From the human T2T-CHM13v2.0 reference genome, Homo sapiens, in assembly GCF_009914755.1 (NCBI RefSeq), contig NC_060935.1: a stretch of DNA of 64,000 bases; one strand, written 5' to 3'. Below the pieces are notes generated by a model. It did not search any database and was not told where the DNA came from. It saw only the letters and a list, made by a program, of their open reading frames with translations. Position numbers and translations under genes: made by a program. Position 1 is the first letter of the stretch. Every line of letters starts with the position of its first letter. Of the stretch, positions 14,522 to 29,312 are shown piece after piece.

Positions 14522-15634
14522 GTAAGACCATTACGATTAGCAGGAGTTTCCTTCCATTAATGACATCAAGGAAAGCTGTGGTTCTATTGTGAGACCCTGG
14601 AGTCTTAGCAAACCAGGTGGAGACCAGTCTCTCTGAGCTAGGTACAATATGATTCTGTGGTACTGTGGTATTTTTAGGAAGTTAAATGACAGCCTCTTCA
14701 GTCTGCTTTGGTATATCTTAAATCTGCAGAACTCAAGGGATTCTAAGCTTATAGGGGGTTATTGAGAGGGGCGCCAAAGACCAGCCAGGCCTAGTAAGCT
14801 GAAGTAGTAGCATGCAGAGAAAGACTCGCCGCCCAGGCCACTGCTTCCAGGGCACCGGGACTCTGTCTGTGTGTTTGTTTTTGTTTTATACCAGCGAAAG
14901 GACGTTTGACTTCTGGTCAGCCACTTTTGTCTTTCTGAGTCCTAATCTCCATCACTTTAGAAGTTTTTATTAAAGATTAGAGATTGAATTTGCATATTTG
15001 ACTTTTGGCTCAGTTGGCATTTACTAGGAAGTGGTAGAAGTGGCGCAGTAGGTCCTTTTGGGGGACATGCAAACATAGTTAATCAAATTTCACTTGTCCC
15101 CATTGTATCTCTAGAAGGTAGACAAAAATCATTTAATCATCTACCTTCCTGAACTGGTGCTAGCTCTAAGACTTGAAATTTTAGTCACTTTTTACTTGGC
15201 TTTCTTTTTATCCTGATGAGCAGTGATTTACCAGGGCCTATTGGTTCTACTGTTGACTCTTGCAACTGTCTTTTTCTTTTTGTTACCACGGCTGCAAAGC
15301 TAGGTCAGACTTTGTTGCCTGGAGAGATACTATGGTGGTTTTGCTGTGAGGGGTCTCTGCTTCTAACTGGCAGGTGGATGTTTCCTAGGCATCTGAAATA
15401 CTACTTTGCATATGATGTCTCCTCAGCCCCAGCTCCTGAAGAACAGTCCTACTCAACCCTTGCAGGTTCCCCTTGAGCTTAAACAGTGATGTCCAATTCT
15501 TGCCCCCGATATTCAGATTCTCGTACACGACTTAGGATTTCCTCAGCTTTACCTCAATATTCTTCCGGATGAATCCCATGTGGAGAATTCTCTGCAAGTA
15601 TTCATTCCCCTTGTGGCCCCTTGTCTCATAGAGT

Positions 15635-15941
<307 letters not shown>

Positions 15942-16502
15942 TCACAGAGTTTTATTATTGTTCTTTGTATTTGAATTCACGTCTTCTGGGGCTCAGCTTT
16001 CTTCCTGCCTTTTTTGTCAAACCACCTTGGATTGTTCCAGTTCCCTTGTGATCACTCCTTTGTGAACTCTCAGAGCATCTCATTAAGTTATTTTAGGATT
16101 ATTTTTTTCTCTTAACTACATTTTAAGTATTTTGTGAGCAAACAGCTGTAACTTCTTTGTATCTTTAGTACTTTTCACAAAATAAGGTATCATTAATTGT
16201 TTGGTGGTAGGAGCTAAAATGTCAGAGGCATTTCTCAGGATAATATTTGAGACTTTCCTTCTCTCTCCTTGTTTATTTTGTTTTTCTTTGCTGATAGAGA
16301 TTCTTAGCTTTGGCAGCTTGTGGAACAATTTCTTACCTTTAGTTATTCCTCCTCCTCCTCCTTTTACACATCTCTGCTCGTCAGCATGCTGTCCTACACT
16401 AGAGTGAACCCTTCAAAGTCTCCAGGAGTCCTAGAATCAATGCCAGGTGGTTAGGAGGGTTCCTGGAGAGGAACAGCACTGTAGGTATAGGGCACTTTAG
16501 AC

Positions 16503-17750
16503 CAGGGGCTGGCAAACAAAGCATTTATTGCAAAGGCCAGTTAATAAATATTTTAGGTTTTGCGGGCCAAGAGGCAAAAAAGAGGATTTTATGAAGGTAT
16601 TTATATACCAAGAGACACAACAATTTTTTACAGGCTTTGTTATTGGTGAGATTCATAATGTAATAATTTAGTTCAATTTTCTGTAATACAGCTCTCTCTT
16701 ACTAGTGAGAAGACTGGAATTCTTTATTCTAGGGGGATAATATTTCACCTAATTGGTCTTTAAAGTCAGAGTTGCTCCCATCAAAATCTATTGCAAAGGT
16801 ACATGTAATCTATTAATATTGATCTGCAGCAAGGTTTTACATTTTTCATCTTTGGAAATGTCTTTTTACACAGGTAGGTACTCCCACATTCTCTATCAGT
16901 CCCCAAGCATATTACTTCAGTTGAGTATATTCATTATTTGGAAGGCATATGTAGAATTCTCTTGGATTCTTCTCTTGATACTTGCTTTTTAGCATGTCAT
17001 TACATAGTAAATTAATCATTTCTAATTATAGTTTAGGCGATAGCTCCTTACTTGCACAACTGAATGGATTTTGAAATATGGAGATTGCCTTTGCCTTTGC
17101 ATCAAGATCTGCAAAATGCTATGTAACTGTAGTTTCAGCTCAGAAAACATGTCCACTGCCAATCTGTATGAGAATGGAGAGCTCATCTCCTACAGGAAGT
17201 GTATGAAGCAGCTTGACCTTCCTTATCAACCAGAGAAAGTTGTTTAAATGACATTAATGTAGTAGATGATTCACATGTCAGCCATTGAGACTTCAGCAAA
17301 GGCAGATTTCTACAGCTATCCAGTGTTCAGTAATGGTCGTTTACAACTGTTCTTCTTGTTCAGAAAAATTTCGTTCTTTGCCCTGTGCTCAGAAGATCAC
17401 AATAAAACTTCACCACATCAAGCTGCTGTGGGATAGGGCAAACCGGGATGGTTAAGTCCATGAGTGCATGAAGTTTACTGTTGGTGCTACTGGTTCAGTA
17501 ACAGGTGATGGATTTCAAAAGTCTCCAGATGCCTGCTGGCGAATAATCAAAGAATAACTGTAAGCTTTAAACACCTTACATTTTTATAGGTTTTCTAAGT
17601 TTGTTGAACTAAGCCCTTTTCTGTTCTATACACCACCGGAATCAGTTGTAGCATATCCTATCAGATTCTACTGTAGGTTGTCTTTTCTCAACTTCTTTGA
17701 AAATATTCTGCCTGTAGTTCTTTCATGAAGACTGTTCATGGAGGCTAAAA
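16503..17750 (-). mobile_element. Cheshire/MER58-family hAT-Charlie element with decayed transposase
   Basis: MER58B-like end caggggctggcaaac...gcgggccaagaggcaaaa; minus strand translates to LASMNSLHERTTG and LPYPTAA*CGEVLL*SSEHRAKNEIFLNKKN, resembling Charlie-type transposase. Confidence 0.75.
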
Positions 17751-19939
17751 AGTCAGAGGTATATCACAAGGTTTATAGCAAAAAATAACAATTGTTCCAT
17801 CTTTCTTATCTCTGAATTACTCACTTGGGACTGCTACCTTCATCACATAGCTGTTTTCCCTTATTTCCACATTTCTAAATAATTTGCCTATATGTAGCTG
17901 TTTGTAATCTACTTGGCTTCTAATTATGAAGAGGAGGTTTTAGTTCTTACATGGATAGCTCCTTCCCTCCTTCACCTTTTGGATAAAGTCAGTATTAAAG
18001 GTATGTATATTTTGGTTAATTATTCCCGGAATCCCTAACAAAATTTGCAAAATTCTCTTCAGTGTGGTCAGATACATCTGGCAGTCAGCTGTGTCTCTTT
18101 CTTGGACTCACTTTTTCCAAACCCTCTGCCTCATGCCTTCCTCTGTACTGGTTGCACTTGACCTTCTCCGTAACTGCTGGTGTTTCTCCTCACCTTTCTT
18201 CTGGGAGTCGTCTATCTCTTGATGTCTCGTATTTCTGGTTTTATGTATTGTCATGTTTTGGTGAAGAACATTCTGCAGTAGCTGCCTGAAAATGTGTGAA
18301 TAGATCCGTCAGACCTTCCATGTCTGAAAACGTTGGTTTCAAGAATTGATCCTAAGTTATGGTCCTTTTTTTGTGTTGTTTTTGTGAGTCCCCCTCCTCC
18401 CCACCCACCACTAGAAGGTTTAGATACTTCATCTCTGCTACCATGGAACTACACTCAGTACCTTGGGGGGATCTGTCGCACCACTCATTGTGATGGCCTG
18501 TGCAGGCCCTAAGGAGAGCCACATTTGTTAAGCTCTGGGAGAATTGCTTTCTTCTATTTCCTACCCATGCCCCCCTGCCCCCCCCCCTTTTTTTTTTCTC
18601 TTGGCCAAGAGGTGGGTGATAGATTATAATATGTTATTCTAAAACTTCTTTTATTTGAATATTGGACTTCCTAAATCGTTTAAGTTTTTTGTCTTTTCAT
18701 GAATTGTTGGCGTTCTTGGCTGTAGTTTCCTTTTTTCTCCTTTGTCCTTTATTTTGTTGTGTTACTAGAGTTTCCAGAGCAGTGGAGAATGCGTGGGGTT
18801 CAACCCACTAAGCATCTGGAAGGTTACATAATCTTTTCTATTTTCTTACTGGAGCTCCATGTCAGCCCAAATGTAGCCATGTATTGTACCTTTTATATCC
18901 AATGGATTTTGAGATTTATAAAACAGCATGTTAATCATTTAGTACAACCTTCCTGTCCAGAACAGGAACTCCTTCTGTTCCTATAGAAAATCATTCAGGC
19001 TTTGCCAGGGCGCCTCCAATTGAGGGGCCTCTCATGAAGCCACAGACCTCATCTTTAGCAAGTTTTGCTTCTACTGCTTGTAGATAATTTACACTTTTTA
19101 CTTACTGGTTCTTATTTCATCCTTGGGTACAGTACAAGACAGGTCTTCTCTTCTAAGCTTTTAAATATATTCAAAGGTAGTTACTTTATCCCTCCAGGTA
19201 GTGAGCCTTTCTGCTGTCCTGGCCATCTCTTTGGATGCCATGTGGTTGCCAGACTCTTTGTTTTCCTTCAGAACAGGATATGCTATTTCCTGGTGTGACG
19301 TGATGTGCTCAGGGCAGGCCACAGTGGGATTAATTTCTCCTCTGGTCCTAGACATTATTTATCTGTTACTATATTCTGGGATTTCTTTGCTTATTAGTTA
19401 CATCGTAATATTAGAACTTTCTATTGGACTTATAATGAACTGAAATCTTTGGACTTTTTTGTTTCTTTTCTTCACTTCAGCAGTTTTCTTCTCCCTGGCA
19501 TTCTTCCTATCTTGTTTTTCAGTTTTTGTCTGAAAAGGACTTTATATTCATTCATGTTAAATAAATTTTTCTTGTTTCGTTGTGTCAAACAGTGTGACTG
19601 CTGACTTACCCATTATTAGCTCTTCCTCTTAGCTTTGTGTTTTCTGTGCATTTTGACAAGCCTGTGGCATCCTGTGAATCCATGCCATCAGAGCCCCTGG
19701 CCACAAGAGCTGAGCTTGTCCAGAGCTCTTCAGGCTGAATGCCCAGTTGTCTTGTCTGGGAAGTGATTCTCCACCCTGTGCACAGAGGCACATGGTTCCT
19801 CTTCCTGAACTTGTCCTGAGAGCCATTGGATTGCAAGGCTGACCTGCCGTTGCTGCCTTCTACAAGCTGAGGCCACACACAGCTGGCTGGGCTGGGGTCA
19901 TGCTCTTGATGACTGCTTCTTTGACTAGGAAAAGTGCAC

Positions 19940-20160
19940 ACTTTGGAGCTAGTCAGACCTGGGTTTGTGTCCCATTTCTGCTAGCATGTTTACTAGCTCT
20001 GGTCTTCAGTAGTAAGTCATTTGAACTCTCAGAATTTTAGTTTTTTTCCATCTGCAAAATGAGAACAAAACCTTGAAGGTATGAAGTATCTTGTATCTAA
20101 AAGCATGAAGCCCAGAGTCTGGCAGTATGGTAGGCACCTAATAATTGGTAGCTGCTGTTA
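19940..20160 (+). mobile_element. MIR
   Basis: ctttggagctagtcagacctgggttt...aagtcatttgaactctc...catctgcaaaatgag...ggtagctgctgtta. Confidence 0.75.
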
Positions 20161-21119
20161 AAAATTATGTTTCCACCTTTATATAAAGTTGCAGTGTCCA
20201 GACAGTTAATGTGATTGTGGAATAGCTAGGAGAGATTGAAGATTGTTTTTCATAAGGAGCTATAAAGACCATTCTCTGTTGAGCTTTTATTCCTGAGCAG
20301 TCTCAGTAGTCTATGAATCTACTTTAATTTTTCTTGCACGTTAGGTTGCATACTGTAAAACATTTACAAAAGAAAGAACTTCCTGAAGGTTAACAGTTTA
20401 TTGCTGCTAGCCTGAAGCTGTTGAGATAGCCCTGAATACTTCAGGGTTATATACAGTCTGATCAAAGTTTGCTAGGGAAGGAAGATTGACGATAATAGCT
20501 AAAACTTTAAAAAAACGGGCTTTTGAAAGATTTTTTTGTGACTAAGTTGCCAATCTGTCTTTCATTATAGAATTTGATAGCTCTTAATCTGAAGACTGCT
20601 TCTTTTTGACCATTTGCCAAAAGCATCTCAGTGTGCTCCTGAATTTCTACTTGATTAGGAAAGGCCATTTTCTTTGGGTACCTTGTCTGTAAGATATTTG
20701 AATAATAAATGACCATTGTCACTTACCTCAAGTTGGGTGAGTTATAAATGGCACATAACTGGGTTTCACTTAATACAAACCACACTGACTTGGATTTTCC
20801 AAGCTTTGCCTTCACCACGTTAGTATAGAATTCCCTTTCTAGCCAAGCAGTTTCACCATTTTTCATTTGCTGAGGACCACCTCGTATCTCTTCAGTTTTG
20901 GAGACTTAGAAACTTTTTGTGTTGTTGCAAATAGCCATGCCAGTCATAACCATGTTTCCTACTCTCCTCCAGTTACCTGTTGCTTCCTTTCTGATGTTTG
21001 ACTCATTTGTTCGCTCTTGGAATCCTGCCCAGTTTCAGAAATTCCAAGAATCTTGGATGCTTCAGATGGGAAACCTTTCTAGGGCCTATGAGAATTTACT
21101 GATTTTACTTTGACTTACA

Positions 21120-21410
21120 TTTTTTTTTTTTTAAATTTTGAGACAGGGTCTTACTCTGTCAGCCAGGCTGGAGTGCAGTGGCGTGATCTCTGCTTCCCAG
21201 GCTCAAGTGATCCTCCCACCTCAGCCTCCTGAGTAGCTAGGACTACAGGTGTGCACCACCATGCCCGACTGATTTTTTGTACTTTCTGTGGTGGAGACAA
21301 GATCTCCCTTTGTTGCCTAGGCTGATCTTGAACTCCTGGACTAAAGTGATCCACCTACCACTGTCCCCTCCAAAGTGCTGAGATTACAGATGTGAGCCAC
21401 TGGGCCTGGC
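21120..21410 (-). mobile_element. AluJ
   Basis: Diverged antisense Alu. Confidence 0.88.
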
Positions 21411-24003
21411 TAACGTTGGCTTTTATCATACCATCTTACCTCTATTCACACACCCTCACCTCCAGCATGCACACGTGCATCTGGAACCAGCTGGGTGTTC
21501 CTTGCCTCTCCTCGGTTTCCTTCATCTCTTAAGAAGACAACTGGCAAAAACTCGACTACCATTGTGCCATCCTTATTACTTGCCTTTCCCCACACAACCC
21601 CTCAGTCTCACTTCAATGAAACTTGTTCGTAGTAGAAATAACCCATGCTTTGCATATACTTGGACTGAAGTTTTTGAAATTGTGGAAAATAGGCACAGAA
21701 ATTCCTGTACATTCAAGGTTTCATAATGAGAATTTGTAGAGGAACACGTTACTGTAGTTGCTTTAATTTGAACTAGTTGACAAAAGTAAGGCTGGATTTT
21801 TTGGTTGGTGGTTGACTTTAAAAAAGTGAAGTGAATGATAAGGTTGTACATCTTGTCTTGCTGTTAGCATCTTAGCAGTGTATTTGGAGTTAGTACAGGG
21901 TGTATATATAGACATTTGCCTTCTGAGGGTTGTGTATTTCCCAGACAGCTTAGAATTCTAAAGGCAAGTATAAATTTGTATCATTTGACACCAAAGTACA
22001 GCTCCAGAATGAAGAAAAAGTGGAAATTAGACTTGGAGGAGGCAGAATGCTGGTGACATTGGAGAAGTAATGGTCATTTAGTGTGAAATCTTGTAGCGGA
22101 TACCTTGGCTTTGAACGTAGAGGCCATTGCAAGGCATCATTTTCTGCTCCGGTGGGCCCCTCTTCATTAGGCTCACCCCTCTCCAATCTGTCTTTCACAT
22201 TGTTGACAGTTAACGCATTCACACTCCAGATCTGCTCTTGCAGACTCCAGTGTCTGTCTTAGCACCGTGACCAGTCTCTACAGTGCCCCACCTCAGGCGT
22301 CTTACCTTCATCCCCTTCTTTCCTGTCCCATATTTAAGTCATATTCACACCTGGCCAGACCCAAAAGAGGTTTGTCCTCTTCCCTCTGTCCTTCACCTTT
22401 GTAGGAAATACGAACTCTGTTGAGAGTGTACTAACCACAGCATCAGTGTCATCTCCACGTCACTTCCAATGTCTGCTTTTGTTCAGAATTGTTTCTCTAT
22501 GTTATTAAAATACTTTGTTGAATCTCTGCTGTAGATATTTTAATGCATACTTTCCTCAGTTAAAACTCACTGGATCTGTCTGCTTCTGCAGCAAGCCTGC
22601 ACAGTGCCGTGCATTCACACACAGCCCTTTGTGGTCTGGCCTTGTGTTGCCAACCTAATCCTACCACCTACCCAAAGGCTCCTCCTTCCTGTTGTCCTCA
22701 GGGCCTTCTCACTGCTGTGACTCCTGAAGCTACTGGGTCTTCCTGTCCACTGCTTTCAGGGAGGCGTCGCCTGGCCTGGAATATGTTATGCAGCTCCATT
22801 CATCACCTCCTAAATGCTCCCTGTATTTTGAGGCTCAACTTAGGCTTGATATATAATGAGGCATTTTTGGCCAGGTTGTCCTCCCTTGAGCTACCTTTCT
22901 GTGGAACAAGGTTGAAATGTATGCCTGCCTGTCTCTGTTTTCTCTGTTCTCAATTTTATTGTATTTTTCAAGGCTTTAGGGACCATCTGTCATATTACTC
23001 CTGTATTCCTTAGCATAATTCATATTAATACTTTAATACCTGTTGATTAATATAGCATATTAAATGGATTTGATTCCTTTATTCTCAAAGAAATGCTTGA
23101 AATATCAAAGCAGTTTCAAGTTGAAACTGGAAAAGATTCTGGAATACCTGGGTGGTAGAAAGCTGATTGCTTTTGACACCTTCTTTGGAAGAAGCAGTTG
23201 CAGAGATACGATAAAACTGGGTTTGAGTTTGTATTACCCTCTTCTCTAAAGAAATATATTGACTCTAGTAGGCACCTGATATTTGATTTAATTTGTGTGT
23301 GTGGGGGGGGGGGGCTGCACCTTTATGAAATTGACACTTCACTAAGAATGGAGAAACAGCTACTGCGTGAACTTTCTGTGTTTTGTGGTCTTTTTCCTTA
23401 GAAGTTATTGAGAGCTGCTTTTAAAGACCAGCTGCTTTTACTCCTTTGTGTTCCATGTTTCTGCCCCTTCTTGTGAAAATTTCCCTGGGCATTGAGCTTT
23501 GCTGTCAGGGGGAAGAGTTTCTCATTAACTTACAACACTAAGAGATAACTTCCGTGGGAGTGACTCTGCTTTTTCCTGTTAATAGACACTTTCCTCCCTG
23601 GCCCCTTCTTAGTGGCATGCAGCTTTCAGCATGCCTGGAAGCAGTCACCAGACCCTCCTGGAGCCCATAGTTTCACATTTGGGTCTTGTCAGGCACTGTT
23701 CAACTAAGCTTCCTGCATGGGTGAATCCAAGCCTAGAAGGAAGTCCTCAGCCTCCAGGTGTCTGGACACTGCATCAGTAGATGAGCCAGTATGAACAGCC
23801 TTGCCTCAGCTTGGTGGTTGAGTACATCCTGTTCCCCAGCCTGCTTATAAACTCGGCCAGAGGTTCGGTGTAAACACGTCTGCCGCTTATGGAATAATCA
23901 AGGGATGCTGTGAGGTCTGTTTTCTAGAGGTTGAGTGAGAATTCTAGTTTTTTGTCCACATTAATCAAGTATCTTTGTTTCCCAACATTTTCGAGTGGCC
24001 TAG

Positions 24004-24388
<385 letters not shown>

Positions 24389-24801
24389 CATGCATCTGTT
24401 TTTAAATTTGGCTCCTTAAGTCTAAACCAGTGATGACCCACCTGTGCCTCTTGATGCAAGATCTAGCTCTTTGCATTATTTCAAGATGAAGGATTTGAAA
24501 ACTTTCTTGTTATTGCTATAAATGTTTCTAGGTATTAGAGGCTACAAAACAGTTCTCGTTTTCTTGTGATCTACTTTTTTGAGTTGAAGAATATCTGCCC
24601 AAGTTGTTACATTTCAAGAATATACATGATATCTCCTGTATATTTCTATTTTAAAAAAGAGGAAAAACATGGCCTATAACCTCTTCTTACCTACCCCACA
24701 TTGGCCCTTGTGTGGAAAACATCGTTAGTGATTGTAGCTGTGGAAGGAGATGGGGGCCATTTCAGTGCGGAGAGAGACTGAATCATAATGTCATTAGAGT
24801 G

Positions 24802-25072
24802 GGGCTGTCTAGTACAGCAACCACTGGCCATGTGTAACTCTTGAACATCTGAAATGTAGCTGGTTGAAATTGAGAGGTACTGTGAGCATAAAATACACAT
24901 CAGATTTGGAAGACTTAGTACCAAAAGAAATAATATAGCCCTGTTGGATATATTCTGTTAGATACTTTTAAATTTAATGTCATTAGTTGTTTTTTACTTT
25001 TTTGATGTGGCTACTAGAACATTTAATGTGTGGCTCAAAAGTTTATTTCTTATTTCTGTTAGACGGGTCTGA
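24802..25072. mobile_element. MER33/MER3-type hAT-Charlie MITE
   Basis: gctgtctagtacagcaaccactggccatgtg...taaaatacacatcagatt...atgtggctactagaacattta. Confidence 0.7.
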
Positions 25073-26076
25073 CTTGGATGACAGATAGAGCTTGTGTAGT
25101 TCTAGTAGTTTTAATAGTGGTGAGAGAAGGGAGTGCTGAAGGGAGACTTGGGGTGTATAGGAATTAGAACTTGGGCAGCGTGTGCTTGCATGTCTTTGTA
25201 TAAGATTGTGTGAAATTTGTGTGTCAAATATTTTCTTTGTAGTGTTCTGTTAAATATATAGTATTAAAAGTCAATAACACATTTTGTTGTCTTAAGTCTT
25301 TCTTGTGTGTTTTCTTGGGTGGAAGCAGCTGCTTCTCCTATTTTGTTCTGTTTGTGCTCCGTATGTTTAGGTAGCGGCAACTTCTACTAGAAATATCTTA
25401 TGTGTGTTTATTGCCAGTCTGGCATATGATATCAGATATTCACTTCGGTGTTGCTATCTTGAGGATTCCAATGGGGCCAGTTATTAAAAGGTATAGACAG
25501 AGCTGGTTTGATGGGTGTGTGACCTGTGCAGTCTCGCATGCTCAGAAACACTTGGATTAATGCTCTCCTGTTTGGGTTCTGTCTTGAAAGCCATCATAAT
25601 CTTTGAATCTTCTTTGAAATCTCTGAACATTTTGCTCTGGGCCCAGCTAGTCCTGGGTACAGTTATTTCGCAGTTGATAGTATACAGTTTATTGTACTTA
25701 GATATAAAGTTGCCAAATTTAAGCATAGTGAGTTCATATGAATAGGAGATTTTGAATTTGAAATTCATTGACGATCTTGTCATCCCCACAGTTGACTGCT
25801 TGTTTGTGGGTAGGATCACCAGTAGTTTCTTTCTTCAGGGTTCTAATAGTTTATCTTTTGTCATGTTTATGGTATGGTATGTTCTGCCTCTGTCTTGTTG
25901 AATGAAAACCCACTGATATCAACTTTTTCAGAGGTAGTTTCTGAAATAACACAGTACTGTTTGCACTAGTATGCTTTTCCTATGTTTTTCATGGCTGTAT
26001 AGTTATTTTGAATATATGTATTTAAATTTGTGAAGATGTAGATTAAAATGATCCTCCATTTATGAATTACAAGCTG

Positions 26077-26525
<449 letters not shown>

Positions 26526-27431
26526 TAAAGCTCACTGATTTCATTGTTGGATATATTCATTGCCTTAGCAGCTTCTGTTTGCCTGAGTGTGTGTATGTTG
26601 GTGCCTGTATGTTCTAGCTGCTATTGCGGATCTTTCTTATTGACTCTCTACAACCTGTTTTGCTAAGGATCCTGAGGCTTAGAGATGAAGTAGCTTTCCT
26701 GAGGCCTCAGGGCTAGCCAATAGTGGAGCTGGTGTTAGAATCCAGGTCTGTAAGATTCTTAGTAGTCCTAGAAGAGGTTGAGAGGATTTGTATATTTGAT
26801 GAAAACAAAGGGTTGTAGGTGGTTCACATAAATTATAGTTGGACCCCTATTGAATATGCTAGCATTCGACTAGCAGTGCCTTGGCAAATTTTACAGATAG
26901 ACTGATGTTCTTGTTCTACCTCTTATAAATAATTTAGCCACTTTACCAGTTCCTAGTTCCTGTGTCAGAGACAGGGTGGCACCTTTTTCCAGAGAGTGTC
27001 ACTGCTTGAATGCCTTGAATTCAAGGTACTTGGCCTCAGATTTTGAAAGGCTTTGATATCATGAAGGTTTTAAAATAATTTTAGAGGGTCATTAAGTAAA
27101 GCAGTTGATCTTCGATGAATAGATTTACTCAACAAATGGATCCTTTGATCCTATTTTGTGTATATAAGATGGCAGTTTTCACTTGTCTTACGTTACAGGA
27201 AGGTGGGGAACAGCAGACATTGTCATCTGTGACATCAAGTAACAAATGACTCCCCAGTGACCTGCTTTCTTAATCTTAGCCCTTTTGGAGGAAACTCCAT
27301 TTTCAAACTACTTAATCCAACTTACAAAAAACTCTAGGATTTTGAAGAAAGATTAGAGGGTAGTTTGGCTTTACTAAACCCTTTGCTCCACTGACTGGTT
27401 TGTTGGAAGAAATTATCCCTAATTTTAAGAA

Positions 27432-27857
27432 CAGTCATATGCTGCATATATTACAGTGCTCCCATAAGATTATAATGGGGCTGAAAAATTCCCGTCACCT
27501 AATGACTGATACGAATGAAAATTCCTGTTACCTAATGACTGATATGAATGATTAGTTTGGGGGGATTCTTTAAGGTGATTTTGCTACTTCAGCTAAACAA
27601 CATCTTAACATGGTAGTGTCTGTTCAGATACACAAGTACTTAGCATTGTCACTACTGCGTCTGTATTTCAGTACACAGTAACATGCTGTGCAGGTTTGTA
27701 GCCTAGCAGCAATAGGCTATACCAGATAGCCTAGGTGTGTAGTAGGCTAGACTGTATAGGTTTGTGTAAGTCACTCTATGATGTTTGCACAACGACGAAG
27801 TCACCTGACGAAGGATTTCTCAGTCTGTATCCCTGTCATTATTTGTTGTGTGACTGT
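27432..27857. mobile_element. Tigger3/MER7-type DNA transposon
   Basis: cagtcat...tgactg ends; gtaacatgctgtgcaggtttgtagcctag...tagcctaggtgtgtagtaggcta core. Confidence 0.8.
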
Positions 27858-28300
27858 GTAGTCTAGGTTGTGAATTTTAAAGGATAGTTATGTTTACTAA
27901 AAACAAGTTGTTGAAGTTCTGACTTTTTGGTTTTTCTGTGTAGTTTAGAGTAGTTATATTTTTTAAAGGACTCCATTTTACCTCAGGGCTCTGGCCAGTT
28001 GAACTTTGTAACTGTTATTTCATACCTGGTTTCTTTCTACTTGAAAGAGTACACATAGAAGCGAAGGCCCAGCAGGGGTGACTAATTTACCAGTGCCATT
28101 TGTTTCCAGTCAGCTTGCTGTTTGGCTAAAAGGTAAAATACATAATTTTTGTGTAAGGAATTAGCTGTGGATATATTTTGGTTTTGAGTTTGTAGTATGT
28201 CCAATACAAAGAAAACTCACCATTAAAATGTATTTCAAGGTGTTCTTATTTGAAAAATGCTATTCTAACTCCGAATAGTGGGGAGCAAAAGGAATTAGCT

Positions 28301-28598
28301 GGCTGAGTGTGGTGGCTCAAACCTGTAATCCCAGCACTTTGAGAGGCAGAGGTGGTCGATTGCTTGAGTTTGAGACCATCCTGAGCAACATAGTGAGAAC
28401 CTGTCTCTACAGAAGTACAAAAAAATTAGCCAGGTGTGGTGGCACGGGTCTGTAGTCTCAGCTACTCTGGAGGCTGAGGTGGGAGGATCACCTGAGTCCT
28501 GGAGGCAGAGGTTGTAGTGAGCCAGGGTCATGCCACTGCACACCAGCCTGGGTGACAGAGCAAGACCTTGTCTCAAAAAAAAAAAAAAAAAAAAAAAA
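28301..28598 (+). mobile_element. AluJ (sense)
   Basis: Dimer with poly(A); target duplication aaaaggaatta. Confidence 0.9.
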
Positions 28599-29149
28599 GG
28601 AATTAATCACTTTACAACAGATAATTGCTAAAGAATTCCTTTTCTTGTGTTTAAATCTCAAGTTTAAAATCAGCGTAGTAAACCCACAAAGTGATGGCTG
28701 GGGAATTGGAGGACCTCATTCATCAGTTAGGCCACGCTGCTGGAGCACACGGGCTCTGCTACAGGAATGTTGCTTCTGGCTCACTGGAACAGCATGGGCA
28801 GGAACTTACAGCAGTAGGTGGCTTTCTTCCATATAGTGATTTGGGGACCACGGCACGTTCCATGTTTTGGTTCTGCCATCCCTCAGGTTCTTTTGGTCCT
28901 CAGCATTTAGCTAGATACAGGTGAAGGACCATGGGAGGTTTGATGGTTCCTGGCACAATGGAGGAAACTCTGTCATGTGGCCACACCTACACGGTGAGTG
29001 CCCCAGGAAGGGGAGAGTAGAGACGGGTGACTGTCAGCACCTCACTGGGCAGGGCGCAAGGGCTGTGGGGTAGACGTTGGGTGGATTCAGGAGACTGCAG
29101 AAAGCAAAGTGGGTGTTAATGGGACTTTTATTTCCTGTGGAACAAAGGA

Positions 29150-29312
29150 CACTACACTTTTCTGCAAAAGACCAAGTAGTAAATATTTTAGGCTTTGTGG
29201 GCCGCAGATGGCCTCTGTCATATATTCCTTTTTTTTCTTAAAACAACCCTTAAAAAATGTCAAAATCATTCATAACTGGCAGGCTGTGAGCTGGATTTGG
29301 TTTGCCAACACC
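29150..29312. mobile_element. MER58A-type MITE
   Basis: ttttctgcaaaagaccaagtagtaaatattttaggctttgtgggcc...ggatttggtttgccaacacc. Confidence 0.75.

Noticed and set aside
28691-28924. 77-aa protein-like ORF ending near a CAG|gtgaag donor-like site
   Set aside because: No convincing polypyrimidine acceptor, weak donor and no recognisable homology; cannot be supported without RNA data.
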